NCBI GenBank assembly: GCA_012026655.1
Contig: JAAILG010000136.1
Span: 62,001 to 126,000 of the forward strand
Direction: 5' to 3'
Source of the DNA: Hydrolagus affinis
Lineage: Eukaryota
DNA length: 64,000 nt
Shown: positions 51,488-64,000 of the stretch, one piece after another
Layout of the letters: every line of letters begins with the position of its first letter
How positions within the stretch are numbered: position 1 is the first letter of the stretch
Position numbers and translations under genes: made by a program
Notes under the pieces: generated by a model
Told to the model about the DNA's origin: nothing
Databases searched by the model: none
What the model saw: the letters and a program-made list of their open reading frames with translations, nothing else

Positions 51488-52619
51488 GTGTCTTATTGCG
51501 GGCTAGTGCACGTACAATGGCACTCTACATTCCAAATAAACCACCTGTGTGTTTTTATCCCATGTACCAGTGGCATAAGTATGTGGAATTCCCAAGCTGG
51601 TTCGGACACTTTTAAGTATGGTGATGGGTTTCTGCATGTTAGGTACTTGTCTGACAAAAAATAAAGTTTATTAATCGTTAATCCTTAATCCTTAATTCAA
51701 GACAATTCTCCCACATAACCTACATTGTGCCCTTTACTGACTCATTAATTTTAAAGTTCTTTTCTGAATTGTTCAGAATATCACACGTTTCTCTCAAGTT
51801 CCAGGATTTTCTCAATAAATTTCCTTTAAAGTTTACTATTATTCCCTTGTTATGCATTCATCTGCAGAATCTACCCGGCAGAAAAAACATTGGCCTTTCA
51901 GTTCCAAGCGCCTAATGGAAAAAGTGAATATAATCATAGAAAATTATAAAACATTTTCTAAACACAATGAGACTCAAGAGAGAATCACAATAGTGATAGG
52001 CACATGCGGCAGTGTTAATACCTCCACATATATAAATAATTCAGGAGCAATTTACAGATTCTGGGCCTTTCTTCTTACTCACCAGGGCTAAGATTTGTGT
52101 TTAATCATTTAAGACATTGGATTTGCATCACAGTCTTATGAAAATTGTTTTTTATATACTGGGATGAATATCACAGTTTCTTAAACTATTTGTAAGATTT
52201 CTGCACCAGTTCATAAAGTAGCAATTGTTAGCAGTGCAATCCAATGGTCTAAGTTGCCCTTTAAGATCAGTTTCATACATTTCGGAGTGAATCTTGGCGA
52301 ATGCAAACAGGAATCCAGAACAACAAAAGCAGGCTGGTCACGAGAAGAGAGTGTCCATCTGACCCTTAGGTAATAATAAATAGTAACCTTATATGGCGCC
52401 CTCCAAACTTCTTGTGCCTTCTATCGAATTACTGTCAGGTGTAGTGACTGTATTTTGTCGGCAAGCAGTACAGCCAATATCAGTACGGCAAGGTCCAAGA
52501 AGCGATTGGCCAATTTATCTGGAGGTCAAGCTCCTTCCTCTTTTGAACACTGACATGGGGACCTTGGATCAGAAAGATATAATTCTCCGACACTAGTCAG
52601 TGTAGCTCTCAACAGTTGC

Positions 52620-53400
52620 TGGGGTTGCTGCAAGGCGTCCCCCACTTTGTGGCTTGGAGTCGCTATTATAGAAACTGCAGAAAATTAGACTTGTCCATGC
52701 ATCTCACAGAGGCAACCCTCAGCTTTGCAGAAACATCTACAGAAAATCATTCAGGTACATTGATTCCTGTTGCTAGGCATCAAACCTTGCCGAACGATTT
52801 GTTTTTCCAGCACCCTGCAAAATCAATCCTGATTGCTTGTTGGGCTCTTTTGTAATTCAAACCCGTCCCCATGCTCCCTGAAGTCAAGGTTTGTTGCTTT
52901 TATAACATAAAAACAAAAGAGGGACAACAGCAATATCAATAAACTTTATATATTATGAAGCAGACACATGTTTGCTGAGTTGGCGACTGGGTCATTCTTC
53001 TTGTCCTCAGACATCAGATTAAATATTTTGTATGTATGTAGCACTTTATAGTCACTGAGGTTTGGCTTAGATGGTAACAGATTCAATAGACGAATGAAGA
53101 GCTCACGCAATCTAACGTGAGGTGGCAGCGATTCGCTTGCAGGTCCTGGTACGGAAAGGAGGACGAGTGTTTGGATCTGTAACGTTATGCCTTTTGGCAA
53201 TGCCTTCCGCTGGAGATGCCAAGTGGCTTTAAGATCCTCACCCACAGGAAAAGAAAGGAAGAATGCAGTAGATAGATTAGTTAGTCGTAGCAGCCAAATT
53301 GAGAGTGACATTGCCACGAATCCAGCATTGGCCAACATCATTCTAAGCAAAGCAAAAAGTGGAAGAAAACTATGGCGACGAAGGATACAGCCAGATCTTT
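52620..53400 (+). mobile_element. Decayed RTE-clade LINE, C-terminal part of ORF
   Basis: In order: RKLD, LRW*Q..TNEEL, ERRTSVWICNV (RRxxWxGHV), QVALRSSPTGKERK (QALxWxPxGKRxRGRP), AKSGRKLWRRRI (AxDRxxWRxxV). Confidence 0.5.
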
Positions 53401-54149
53401 TGCTTTGAAATGTAGCAAGACCTTGGTTTACAGTCTCATCTCAAAAGCAACACATCCGAAAGTGTAGTGCACTCCCAGATTCAAATGATATGGTCTTTAT
53501 TAGTACTAATGCTTGGATAGTCTTGCACCCCTAAACAATACACAGGCCCCATTGTGTTGCCCAGAATGTATCTTTGACCCTGAATTCGAATCAAGGCAAG
53601 GAGTCTATCATTTGCGTCACTTGTGGTGCAGGCACAGCTTGTAATTCTTCATTTCAGCGATGAAATGATGTGCAATGTCTGAAAATCAATAAGGAACACG
53701 GAGATTCACATTTTTTGCTCCTTTTCTTCATACAAGCGCAAGGTTCGAAGTTTCAATCGCGTTGCCAAGGTCTCCACCTGCTCCCGCATCTGAAGGACGC
53801 TGAGAGGAAAGCAGTCAGTCAGCAAGAGCTGATGACTTTATATTAAGCTCAGTAGTTTTCCAGCTCAGATTCGCTTACTGTTCTGGTAACCATATAGAGA
53901 GAAAAGTGAGAACTGTGCACAGATAATTGATTTCAGCGCTTTAAGATCTTATTTTCAAAACAAATCAATAGGTACATAGAGAAATGTATCCTTCAGTAGC
54001 ATGTACTGTCTGATAGCTAGCGAATTGAGATGGATAGCGTTAAAAGTTCAAATGCCTTGTAAGGTTGGGTCATCACAGACTCTTTACAAATTGCTGCTAC
54101 CTTACCCAGGGCTCAGCGGGCATCAGAGAAAGGACCTTGGCAGAGGAAT

Positions 54150-56900
54150 GGCCCAAATTGGACCCAAATTATTGAGCTTTTTTTAGCTTCTTCGATTAAA
54201 ACAAAGTAAAAGCGAGGCAGTATCCTAGGGCAGGATATCGATTCAGTTGGTAACAAGGAGAAGTGCATCAGTCATCCAGTAACAAGTCGAGGTTCCACAA
54301 ATCTCCAACCAAGATACAAGAATCAGAGATTTTGTTGCTGGATGGTAGAAAAGGCACTTGACTCCATGTATGCACAGTACGATATATCTATAGACCGAAT
54401 AAGTACATCTTCTGACGTGGCAGCTGGCAGTTTGGAAGATGCCTTTGATTGGATTGCTGCACCTGAGAACTAAGAAAGAAACATTAAACTCCTTTGCAGT
54501 AAATCACGGACTGATGTTCCCTGCTTTTGGAATGAAGCCACTTCAGATATGGGGACTGGGCAAAGCTCAACGAAAGGATTTCTTTGCTCCAAATCTGGGG
54601 TAGCACACCAGCTGTAATCGTGAAGGGCGAACAACTGAAATGGTGTCCTCAAGTGTAAATTATCTATTGAAACAGTTTAGTGTTCCTTCCACCATGCCCT
54701 ATTTTACCATCATGGTGTTATACACGAGGGCAAAGACTTTGTGTTTAAATCTATGAGTTGAGCCTGAAGCAGATGATGAAATGAAAATCGCACTCGAGAT
54801 TAAAGACTCCCATGATCTTTTTTGAGACACACTTTTTATAACAGGAACTTCTTGCTTAGTTGCTAAACGGGATTAACTATAATGAGCAGCATTGCATCAA
54901 TGTATAGGCAGACTCGGGTATCAGAATTAACCATATTTTAAAGCTCTTGAAGCATGTTTGCTCCTATTCTGGATGAAATTTGAAGGTCACTTTTCTGAAT
55001 CGGTAGATTTAAAAGCTGCAGAATTTCTCCAATAGGACAATTGCTTGTTTATATTGTGGGAGAGGTATGAACCCACAGGTGCAAGAATACATTGAACGTA
55101 AATTATTTTCAAATAGATACACTGCCCTCATTAGTACTTCATAAAATACAAAGCAGTTCTTTACCTCAGGTCGATATTTATGAGGTTTGAATACATGAAA
55201 GGAACTGAAGATCAAGGTGTATGCAACTGTTTCATGTTTTTAATGATTCATATAGAAATTTAGGTAACATTTTGTACTACTCTGCTCCAAAGTACTTGGA
55301 TCAATTTTTGTGTAACTGACAAATTGACAACTGAAGCGTTTCATTCAACTGGGTACAATTAAGATGTACGGCTCTAAAGCATTACATCTTTGCTTGTAGT
55401 GTAAGCATTTGCATTAGACCAGTGATTTATTGGCTAAAGTACGCTTAAGCATAGAGATCGGTGACTGATTTGAACATGGAGTGGAGAAGGAGTGGTCATC
55501 TATGTTTGTTAGTGCATCAAGCCAGTCAGGTAGAAAACAATTCCACTAATAAGCATTGTTCAGTTATGATAAGAGAGTCCCACGGTGGATGAAGCATTCT
55601 TATGAAATGCGCATGGAAATCCACAAGACAGAGCGCCTTAATAATTTACACTTATAATTATTGCCAGCATTAAAAGGGATGTGTAACTAGGTGACTCTGG
55701 ATGTCAAACGTAGACAAATGTATCAGTAAAGTGTGCAGCATACAGAAAAGTAAAAGACCGTAAAATCTTGTGAAATCCTATATAAATTAAAAGTGTTTTT
55801 TGCTTATCCCAACGAAATTTGAGATTATTTGAGCCATCGAATAGGCATCTTCTACCTTCCTAAAATCAAAATGAAATGCAACCAGATCTTCTGGGGATTT
55901 GCTGTAACGTCTTTCACGTCTGGTCTCCTTTCCTGTACCTTTCTGTTTCAATCTCCCTCGTTTGCTTAGTGTCTTTGCTCAGAGCTGTGTTCTGGTAACT
56001 ATTACACGTATAACAAGGTGATTTACTGTACTGAAGCAGCTAGGATAGATATCAGTTGAAGTCTGAGTCCTGCAGAGAACAGGCTGAGTAATAGCTGTAT
56101 GTATATATATATAGATATATTGGCTACTCAAAGTGGAATTAAGTGCAGAAGTAAGCCATCAATAGCAGAAATAATGGATTGGGAGTCACTGTGAAATTGG
56201 AGGCGGCATTGAAAGAGTTTTGATGAACACAACATGAGCATTATGTCCAATCAGATATAAATTATTCTGAATGTTGATCAGAGAACAACGAACAAGCCTA
56301 ACAGGTCTTCAGTGTGCATGAGTGTCTGAGACAGATGTTTCATTGCATTCTATGTGGGTCAGTACAGAGCTGTTACATAGCAACAGTGTCTTAACCTGAT
56401 CTAAGCGAAGCTGGCTAAAGTCCACCATGATGTGTAGCAAAACTCACATGGGTGGGGGAAGAACATCCTTAAAGATTTAGCACATTATTTGGCCTTGTAA
56501 CATTTCTTCACAAAGTAGGCTTACAAAATAACAAATAAATCTTCACATAAAGTAAGGCCAGCAGCTAAGTAAATAGAGAGAGGCATTGTTATCCATAATG
56601 CAAATGTGCAGCAAAAGATAAGCAAGGAAATATTTCTTACACTTGTATTTCCCTTAGCTGGACAAACAGCAGGGAGCTTGGCAGATATTGTTTGGAATGG
56701 TATTAGCTGGTTAAACTCCAGCTGTATCTCCAAAATACAATTTGGGGTCCCCAAGCCTTTGGTCTTGCCAATCCGCACGTAATACTTTCTGAGATTAGGT
56801 GAACAGGGTATGTTCCCTTGAAGGTAATACATTATAAAGGGTCACAGAACTGGGGTTAGCAAGAGCTTCCAAAGACAGAAGGGTGTGAAGATGTGGCACT
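54150..56900 (+). mobile_element. Decayed non-LTR retrotransposon, possibly restriction-like-endonuclease type
   Basis: LEDAFDWI 54432-54455, PLQIWGLGKAQRKDFFAP (GxxQGDxLSP-like), ADD 54769-54777, I*HIIWPC ~56475-56498, LADIVW and CISKIQFGVP ~56680-56750. Confidence 0.45.
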
Positions 56901-57404
56901 GCCTCAGAAAGCAAATCAAAAACACTGAAGATGTAAATTGGTTTTTTTTAAAGTGAGAATAGGGAAGAGGCGAGATAAAGGAACATCAGGGAGCAGAATT
57001 AAAGTTTCCTCTGTGTTTACTGTTCAAAACTGTTTAAGTTCCAGTAATTACAGTGTTACTTTACTATCCGAGTTTCCTTAGAACAGTTGCCTGGTGACTT
57101 GCGCGTTCACTACCGATTTCCATTTGACTAGACCTGGAATTTGTTCACCATCTCCATTGGCAAAGCCTTGTGAGAGCAACTTACTTAGCACGTCTCCCAT
57201 CCTGTTGACCTTATGTCAGGTTGTTTGTTTCAACAGAGCTTGTTTCTGTGAAGATTTCTTACAGCCATGACAACTGAAATTGGTTGTGAGAGATTTCTTC
57301 TCATGCTAGCTATCCAATCTGAAGTGACACAAACAGACCAAATACACCAATTTTTTTTTTTATATATGAAAATGCCATGGGGAGATTGAATGATTGCTTA
57401 TCAT

Positions 57405-57610
57405 AAATTTGTGCTTAGGTAGGGTAAATAGGGAGAAGCTACTTACTCTAGAAGGGAAATCAGTGACTGGGGTACATAATTATAAAATAGTCACAAGAAG
57501 ATGGGGATAGAGCAGGCCAATGGGATTGAATAAACACCTTACTATAGGAGCTGGAGTAGACTTGATGGGCTGAATGGCCTCCTTCTGTGCTGTACATTGC
57601 TATGGATTCT
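57405..57610 (+). mobile_element. CR1 LINE 3' end
   Basis: gatgggctgaatggcctccttctgtgctgtac...ctatggattcta terminus. Confidence 0.75.
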
Positions 57611-57629
57611 AAATAATTTGGCCAAACGG

Positions 57630-58050
57630 TCGTCTGTTCTCTCTTTTTCTCAACTGCCTCCTGGGTTCTGTTCGATCTTCCCAACATATGTGCGCTGCTT
57701 CCTCAAAGCCTTCTGGCTTTCTCCATTATTCATACGGCGCAAAATACTCTCGATTCTTCAGGAATGATTGTTGAAATTAGGATCAGAAACTGACGGTCCC
57801 AGCCAACATTACCGAGCCACCTGTTCCAACAGCTGTCACTCGCTGAAATCATTCCAGATGCCAAACTAATGCCAATCAGATCCACCAATCCACAACCCTG
57901 AAAGTGAGTGTTAAGATGGGAGCTTCTGTGTGGGTTTCCTGGGCCCGATTGCAGCTGATTGAGTAAGTCAACATCGACTGCTGCTCTGATTCTCCTTCCT
58001 GGTGATACAGTCATGAGGAGAGAGCTCAAGCATCTAATTGGCAAGGATCA
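57630..58050 (-). mobile_element. Possible decayed Gypsy integrase relic
   Basis: HFQGCGLVD (HPQxxGLVE), WDRQFLIL...IPEES then FAPYE*WRKP (WDxxLPxxLxAYRxxPQESTGFxPxELLxGRxP). Confidence 0.4.
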
Positions 58051-58871
58051 CGATTTATTGCAGTTTAATGGGTTCCAGGCAGAAAATGACGGCAGTCCTC
58101 CACCGATGCTGCTGTGATGAGCTTTGAGGTCTGGATCTGCCTTCTTCAACCCACTTACTAACCATTTAATTTCTCAGAAAGTGCTCCCGAACAGTTGCTG
58201 TTCGTATCACAGAAAATGCCGTCGGCAAAATAAAATTTTGTGAAAGGCAAAATTCGATGACCGATATTGACCTGTTCTGCACTGACACAAACCAGGGATT
58301 TGATGTTTAAGATTTGATGTTCTCGGCACCATGGATTTTTCTCTCAAGTTCTCTTTGCCTTGATAACTCTTATACCCTTAGTAGGACTCCAGCCTATGTA
58401 TTGCCAAAGGTTCACATGCTTCCTCAAGAGAGTCTCATTTGCCTGTTGCGGGAGAGGATTTAAAAGGCAAATTCATTGTTTGTGGCATTGATCCTCATCA
58501 TCTATTCTCTTATTATATAATATTCTCTTCAGAAGCCTGCTCCCACTGTTCTATGACATTAAGTGACACAAATGTATCAAACACAACTATTGTATCTCAC
58601 CCCCAAAACAACCTTTGCTTTACCATTGTGATATTTTAACGAATTCCTGACTCTCCAAATGTATTACCAGATACAGTACTGTACATTCCCATCTTAAACA
58701 TGAATTGCTTTGTTAACTTACTGCAACACTGTGAGATGTGCTTGAATTACAATGCCTTCCCATCGACTGCTTTTCCCGTGTGCATGGGTCGCTGATTGCA
58801 TTTTATCGGATTGTTCTTCAAAGAGGACTTGAAATAAATAGGCTCAGGAACATTGGCCTCTAAATACATTG

Positions 58872-59030
58872 GCCTTCAGGTCCCAGCTGAAGACCTTTCT
58901 CTTCGACCGCGCCTTTGGTCACCTTTCTACCCCTGCCCCTGGCTCAGTCCCGGGATCCGCTATTGTGAAGCGCTCTGAGACGCCGTCTGGCGCGGAGGGA
59001 GCTATATAAATCAAAGTTGTTGTTGTTGTT
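58872..59030 (+). mobile_element. L2 LINE 3' end
   Basis: AFRSQLKTFLFDRAFG, tail gctatataaatcaaagttgttgttg. Confidence 0.88.
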
Positions 59031-59607
59031 AAGTAAAGCAATTCTGGTGGTGGAAATAACTGTGTGTAAAACACAGGTAGAAAATCTGAAGCTTTTCAAG
59101 TGGCAGATCTTCAGTCTGTCCTCCTCTTCCAAGGAGTTTTGTTGTAAATCAATAGGTATAATTTCTCCACCTTTGCAATCTGGCCACAACAAGAATGACA
59201 AGCTGTGAGTTTTGTCTCAGACGCAAGAGGCCTTTGGATAATTACTTCTAATTTCCTTTTTGCTCGTGTGGGTGGAGTTCTCTGTCTCAATCCTCTCCTC
59301 TCTAGGGAAACCACTTCACCATTTCTCAATCTCCACCAGAGTAACTGAACTCAAGCAATCTTCAGCACATATAAAATGCACATTTTTTAAAAAGTACCGG
59401 GGGATTGTCAATATCCTTAGAGGACTGGCACTTGGGCTAAAAGAACATTAAAAAGGTAGAAAGCAGATTGTGCAAACACCTGGTTCTGCTGTTTCCTTTA
59501 TGGCTAACGTTAATTAAATCACAAAACTTTTCACATCTTCATTATAGGCACTTCTCAGCCTACATAACCCAGTGAAATCACAGTGAGTGTCGAGCTCTTG
59601 TAACTCA

Positions 59608-59960
59608 TGGAATCCCATGGTGCAGTGGTTAGCATGCTTGCCTCGCGAGCGAGCGAACCCGGGTTTGATACATGGGCTGGATGAAACTTTCAGCAAATTT
59701 CCTTACTCCACATGCTTCTGTTTACCTAGAAGGAAGTAGAAACCTGATTGTTAGTCAATTGGTCCAATTGCTTTCTGGGGGTAATAATCCATAAAAAAAA
59801 ACATTTGGGCACTCCCTGTTTGTGGGACACTGCTGTGCATAATTGGCTGCCATGTTTTGCCCACAAGTACACAGTCAATCCAATTTACAATATATTCTGT
59901 GAAGTGCTTTGAGATGTCTCAACAGCATGATAGGATGCTGTATTAAATACAAGAACTATT
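59608..59960 (+). mobile_element. Full-length longer variant of the tRNA-derived SINE
   Basis: A box tggtgcagtgg, degenerate B box ggtttgata, extra internal segment after ccttactccacatgc, then central domain and tail. Confidence 0.8.
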
Positions 59961-61627
59961 TCTATCGTTCCCCAAAGTACCTTAATCCTGACTCTTCTGA
60001 TCAGAACTTTCACGCAAAGAAATAAATGTAGGTTGGAATAATCCTACGTTTGAATTCTTCATGGGCTGCCTTCGTAATTGTGAGGCAGAGAGAAAATTGC
60101 TTTATATTCTTGCAATGTTTGCAAACGCAGTCAATGCCAGAGCCTCTGCTTTTCATGCCAGCACATTACATTCAATGTTACACTGACTGGAGATAAGAAT
60201 ATACTAATTTGCTAGGCAAAAAAAGACCAAGATTCATCCAGTTCACCTTCCACCATCTTGGCAGTCACTTGACTGCAAACTATACACTGTATCCTGAGAT
60301 ATTGTTTTCTCTCAGAAATCTATCCAATTTATTCTTGAACCTAATGACATTTTCTACTTCCACTGGCGTGCCTGTTCCATACATTTACTATGCTCTCACT
60401 GAAGCAGTGTTTCCACTGATTTGTTCTGAATTAAACCCCCTTCAGTCGTAGGCCATGTTCTTCCTTGGGTGGGCTTCAAAAATCCTGGAAACATGAACAT
60501 CATGTAAAAACATATATATTTGTTTTTAACTCCAAAGATTCAGTTCAACGTTCAACACGTCAGCACTTTTTTAATGACTTTTTTTTAATATATAAAACGT
60601 GACTTATTGAAAGGTGCTTCTAAATTGAATCACAGATGGCAAAAAGTTGGTAACCAAGGAGACTTCAAAGAATTCTGTTACTGGAGCAGAAATAAGGAAA
60701 TATGATTATAGGGAGACCTACCAATACGTATGTCAAGCCTTGGGTCTGCAAAGATTGTGTTGCTCAAAATGGATGGGCTTCGGTGTTTATCTCTCACAGG
60801 TGATGGAATGAGTGACCAGGCTGAAAGATGAATAAAAATGTGCCGGCCACTTTAACAGGATGTCTTATGAATAATTTGTGGACTAATTATGAAAATATTA
60901 AGCCAGGGATGAGGAAAGCTTGCCAGCAGTCAGAAAGTAGGTCACACCACTCACATATAAAATGCATTTTAAATCCAGTCAGGCTGGGTTTGAGGCTTTT
61001 GTTTTTGAGCAGCAGGAGTATTTGTTTGGAATTCCAACTTACAAGCGAAATGTGATAACATCAGCAGAAAATTACCACTTCTTCGGGCTGTTTTTAAACT
61101 GAGTGGTCTGTCTCCCTTACTATCGAATATGATTTGCCTGCGTTGCAAGGAGCGAACAAAAGGTTCTCGAAATCTTAGCCGTGGCAGATCAGGCTAAGAA
61201 TATTTTGTTGTTTTTGCTTGCTGTGTGGTTTTGGGCCAGGGTTCAGTTGGTTTCACTTGGCTCAGTTGCTATCACACCCACTTCTAAAGAATGTGGGTTC
61301 CAGCCAGGCATTGGATCTTGGAACTCACACTCTAGGCTGACACTCGACGGACATTAAAAGGGCATTTTGATGTTCTGTGTTCATATTTCGCTGATACCAG
61401 TGATGATCATAGCAAACCACTTACAGTGGAGAAATGAAGAGACATTCGGTAATTGTAATAGGGCAGTAGACAGGTGAGAAGATAGGGTTAACCTGTTCCG
61501 CTATTTTATTAGATCATGGCTGATCCGTAACTTTATATCAAGGTAGTAATTAATTGTGTTATATTACGTATATTTTTTATTCTATATAACCATGACATGC
61601 ACCCCACCCCAACCCACCCCCCATACA

Positions 61628-61955
61628 CTCCCAAAGCGCTAGACAGTTGAGGATTTGCACCTAAACTGCAGATTGGAGTCAACAGAAGTGGAAGGCAAGG
61701 GTGTGCTGGTGGGAGGATGACCAAAGGCATGGTCGAAGAGGAAAGTCTTGAGACAGGCCTTGAAGATGTCAAGGGAAGGAGCGAGCCAGAGGGTCTCCGG
61801 GACGAAGTTCCAGAGAGTGGAGGCAGAAAGGCTAAAGGCCTGACCTCCTATGGGGGAGGAGGCCACTTTGGTAAGGTTTTAGGAGGTCATGGAGGTTAGG
61901 CAGAGCAAGACCCTGGAGGGCTTTAAAGGTCAACATGTCCTTCCACAGCTTCTCA
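61628..61955 (-). mobile_element. L2 LINE 3' fragment
   Basis: Minus ORF IGGQAFSLSASTLWNFVPETLWLAPSLDIFKACLKTFLFDHAFG. Confidence 0.85.
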
Positions 61956-62997
61956 TTTGTTTCTAATGCTTCATTTGACTGCATCTGAGTTTAATGCCAA
62001 CCGCCTTTCCTTGTCTTCTTATAATAGTCCATTCATCATCTCCATACATTTTTATGAGATTTGCTTGCAATCTGTCTCCCAGTGCAAACAACAACTTTCC
62101 ATTGCACTGGACGCTAATTGCAACACACAGAGTGATGGTTTTTTAACAGAACATTTCCATAAAAATTATACATAAATATATATTACTATACATAATAGGA
62201 ATAGGATTCCTGTTCCTGCAGCTCTTACGGGAAATTAATCCCCATTTGCCAATGAGAATTCTTGTGAAGAAATCCTATTTGTATTAATTGTATTTTTGTC
62301 CCAATTGCAATTATATATTTTAAATAATTATAATAATGTAATCATTATTGGTCAAAGATTACATTAGACGCGCCATGTACAAATAGCTTTACAACAACAA
62401 CAAAACGACAACAAAATTACACTTCTAGAGCGCCTTTCACTCGGGAGTCTTTATTTCAAACATTGCATTTGCTGAAGTCTGCCTTCCCCGAGTAATACTT
62501 TTCATCAATAGGTTAGAATGGAAGAGTGGTTGAGAGCAGGTTAAGAATGTGGATGTGCAGTGAAACCACAGGAGCAGGCAAGATTGAACCGGAGCATTCT
62601 AAGAAAAAAATTGAGGGAATAGAAGCTAACTATAGCATGTTGTGCAGATCCCAGTGAGAAAGGATTAAATTATGAATTCTCACCACATACACATTCCAAC
62701 AGCACATCCCAGCATCCATTTCTGGACTATCTGATCATTTATATGAATTGATAGAGTGCAGCAACGGAGAACTGATTTGCACGACACAGTGCAATCTATT
62801 CACATCCAAATCGGTTAGGAGACAGAAAACAAAAGGCTCCATATCACACGACCGGTTGTGTTAGTAGAGGTTGTAACAGGGCGAAAACTGGTAAACATAT
62901 TAGGATTTATAAATAATAATAAATATTATATTAAGTTTTGTTTTGCGTGAAACCATTTAATCAATCAATCTGGGGAACCTCTGAAGAAAGTTAGTTA

Positions 62998-63046
62998 TAT
63001 ATATATATAGTTTATGTACGTGTGTGTGTGTGTGTGTTTGTGTTTG
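62998..63046. repeat. (TA)n/(TG)n microsatellite
   Basis: tatatatatata...gtgtgtgtgtgtgtgtgt. Confidence 0.8.
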
Positions 63047-64000
63047 TATACCGATCAATGACCTTTAAGCTTTCTATTAGCATAAAAACGACAGATATGA
63101 AAAATAACCTTTTATTTTGCTAGAGACCTTTACATGGGAGCTCAGCAGGGAGAAATGAGATCAGAAATATTGCACAAAGCAGTCTTTAATACCGATTCCA
63201 CTGCTTTGCGTTTGAGTGCAGCCACAATCCAGCGGATTGACATAACATCATAAAGTGTATTGTGGCACCATCCATTCTGCCAGATGCATCCAGATATTTC
63301 ATTTCTGCCCTGCAATGTAACCCATTTTGGGGGGGTATTTAATATTTAAGAGTTATATTCTCGCTGTTTAGTATGATTGGTATGCGCTCACTTTTTAAGG
63401 TGTACAATAAAGATGTCCCTGACTGCTGTGGTTATCGGCAAAGGAACGAATTTTATTTTCAGCTCATTTGAACAAGATATTTTCAACATTTCAGATTGAT
63501 CATACAGTTCAATAGTTCTATCCACATTACAGACTGCCGCACTGTCATACACCCACAGAACCTTCAAGCGCTTTGACTGCCATAATGCTACTGTGAGGTA
63601 TAATTAGTTGCTGAACTCCAGGAGCTTCCCCGCATTGTGCACGGTGTTTTGTTCACTCTTGATTCACATTTTCAATCCACAACAAAGCCGGCTTCAACAT
63701 TTACCCATGTATAATACAACAAATGAATCCTCGACACTAACAGTCAACTTTCTCCCACTGTCTGTCATCCCAATCTCTTTTCCTGAACTGTACAAAGGCT
63801 TTTGTGTCCTGTTTAGACATTTGATGGAAGAGGGATTATTTGCCCGACAGAGAGCAGAATAGCAGGGTACCACCAAAGAGAGCAGTAACAAAACATTTTA
63901 TGGGGTAGATCATAGGCCTAAAAGTGAAATTATAAATAATATTCCTTGCATTTAATACAGCACCTTCCATGTAAGGAGGTCGTCTCAAGGCGTTTCATGA

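Overview
Vertebrate genomic DNA, AT-rich and repeat-rich; the repeat content suggests a cartilaginous fish, probably a holocephalan such as Callorhinchus (inference). The first ~16.6 kb hold the last six coding exons of unc13c (Munc13-3: end of the MUN domain plus the C2C domain) on the + strand, with GT-AG introns whose phases join correctly, a TAA stop at 15561-15563 and a candidate AATAAA at 16594. In the remaining ~47 kb I recognise no protein-coding exon. It is filled with a tRNA-derived SINE family with an L2-like tail, L2 and CR1 3' ends, and heavily decayed relics read by hand from motifs (L1/Tx1-like, RTE-like, Gypsy, an RLE-type non-LTR element, Myb/SANT Harbinger-like pieces). Nearly all ORFs in the supplied track are spurious or repeat-derived. 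I see no convincing novel multi-gene system. The best leads are an intronic 57-bp fold-back hairpin inside a SINE, an orphan CpG-rich element with an RFX X-box, a duplicated segment giving a filled/empty retroposon site, and the ancient transposon fossils. All family comparisons are from remembered consensus sequences, not database searches.
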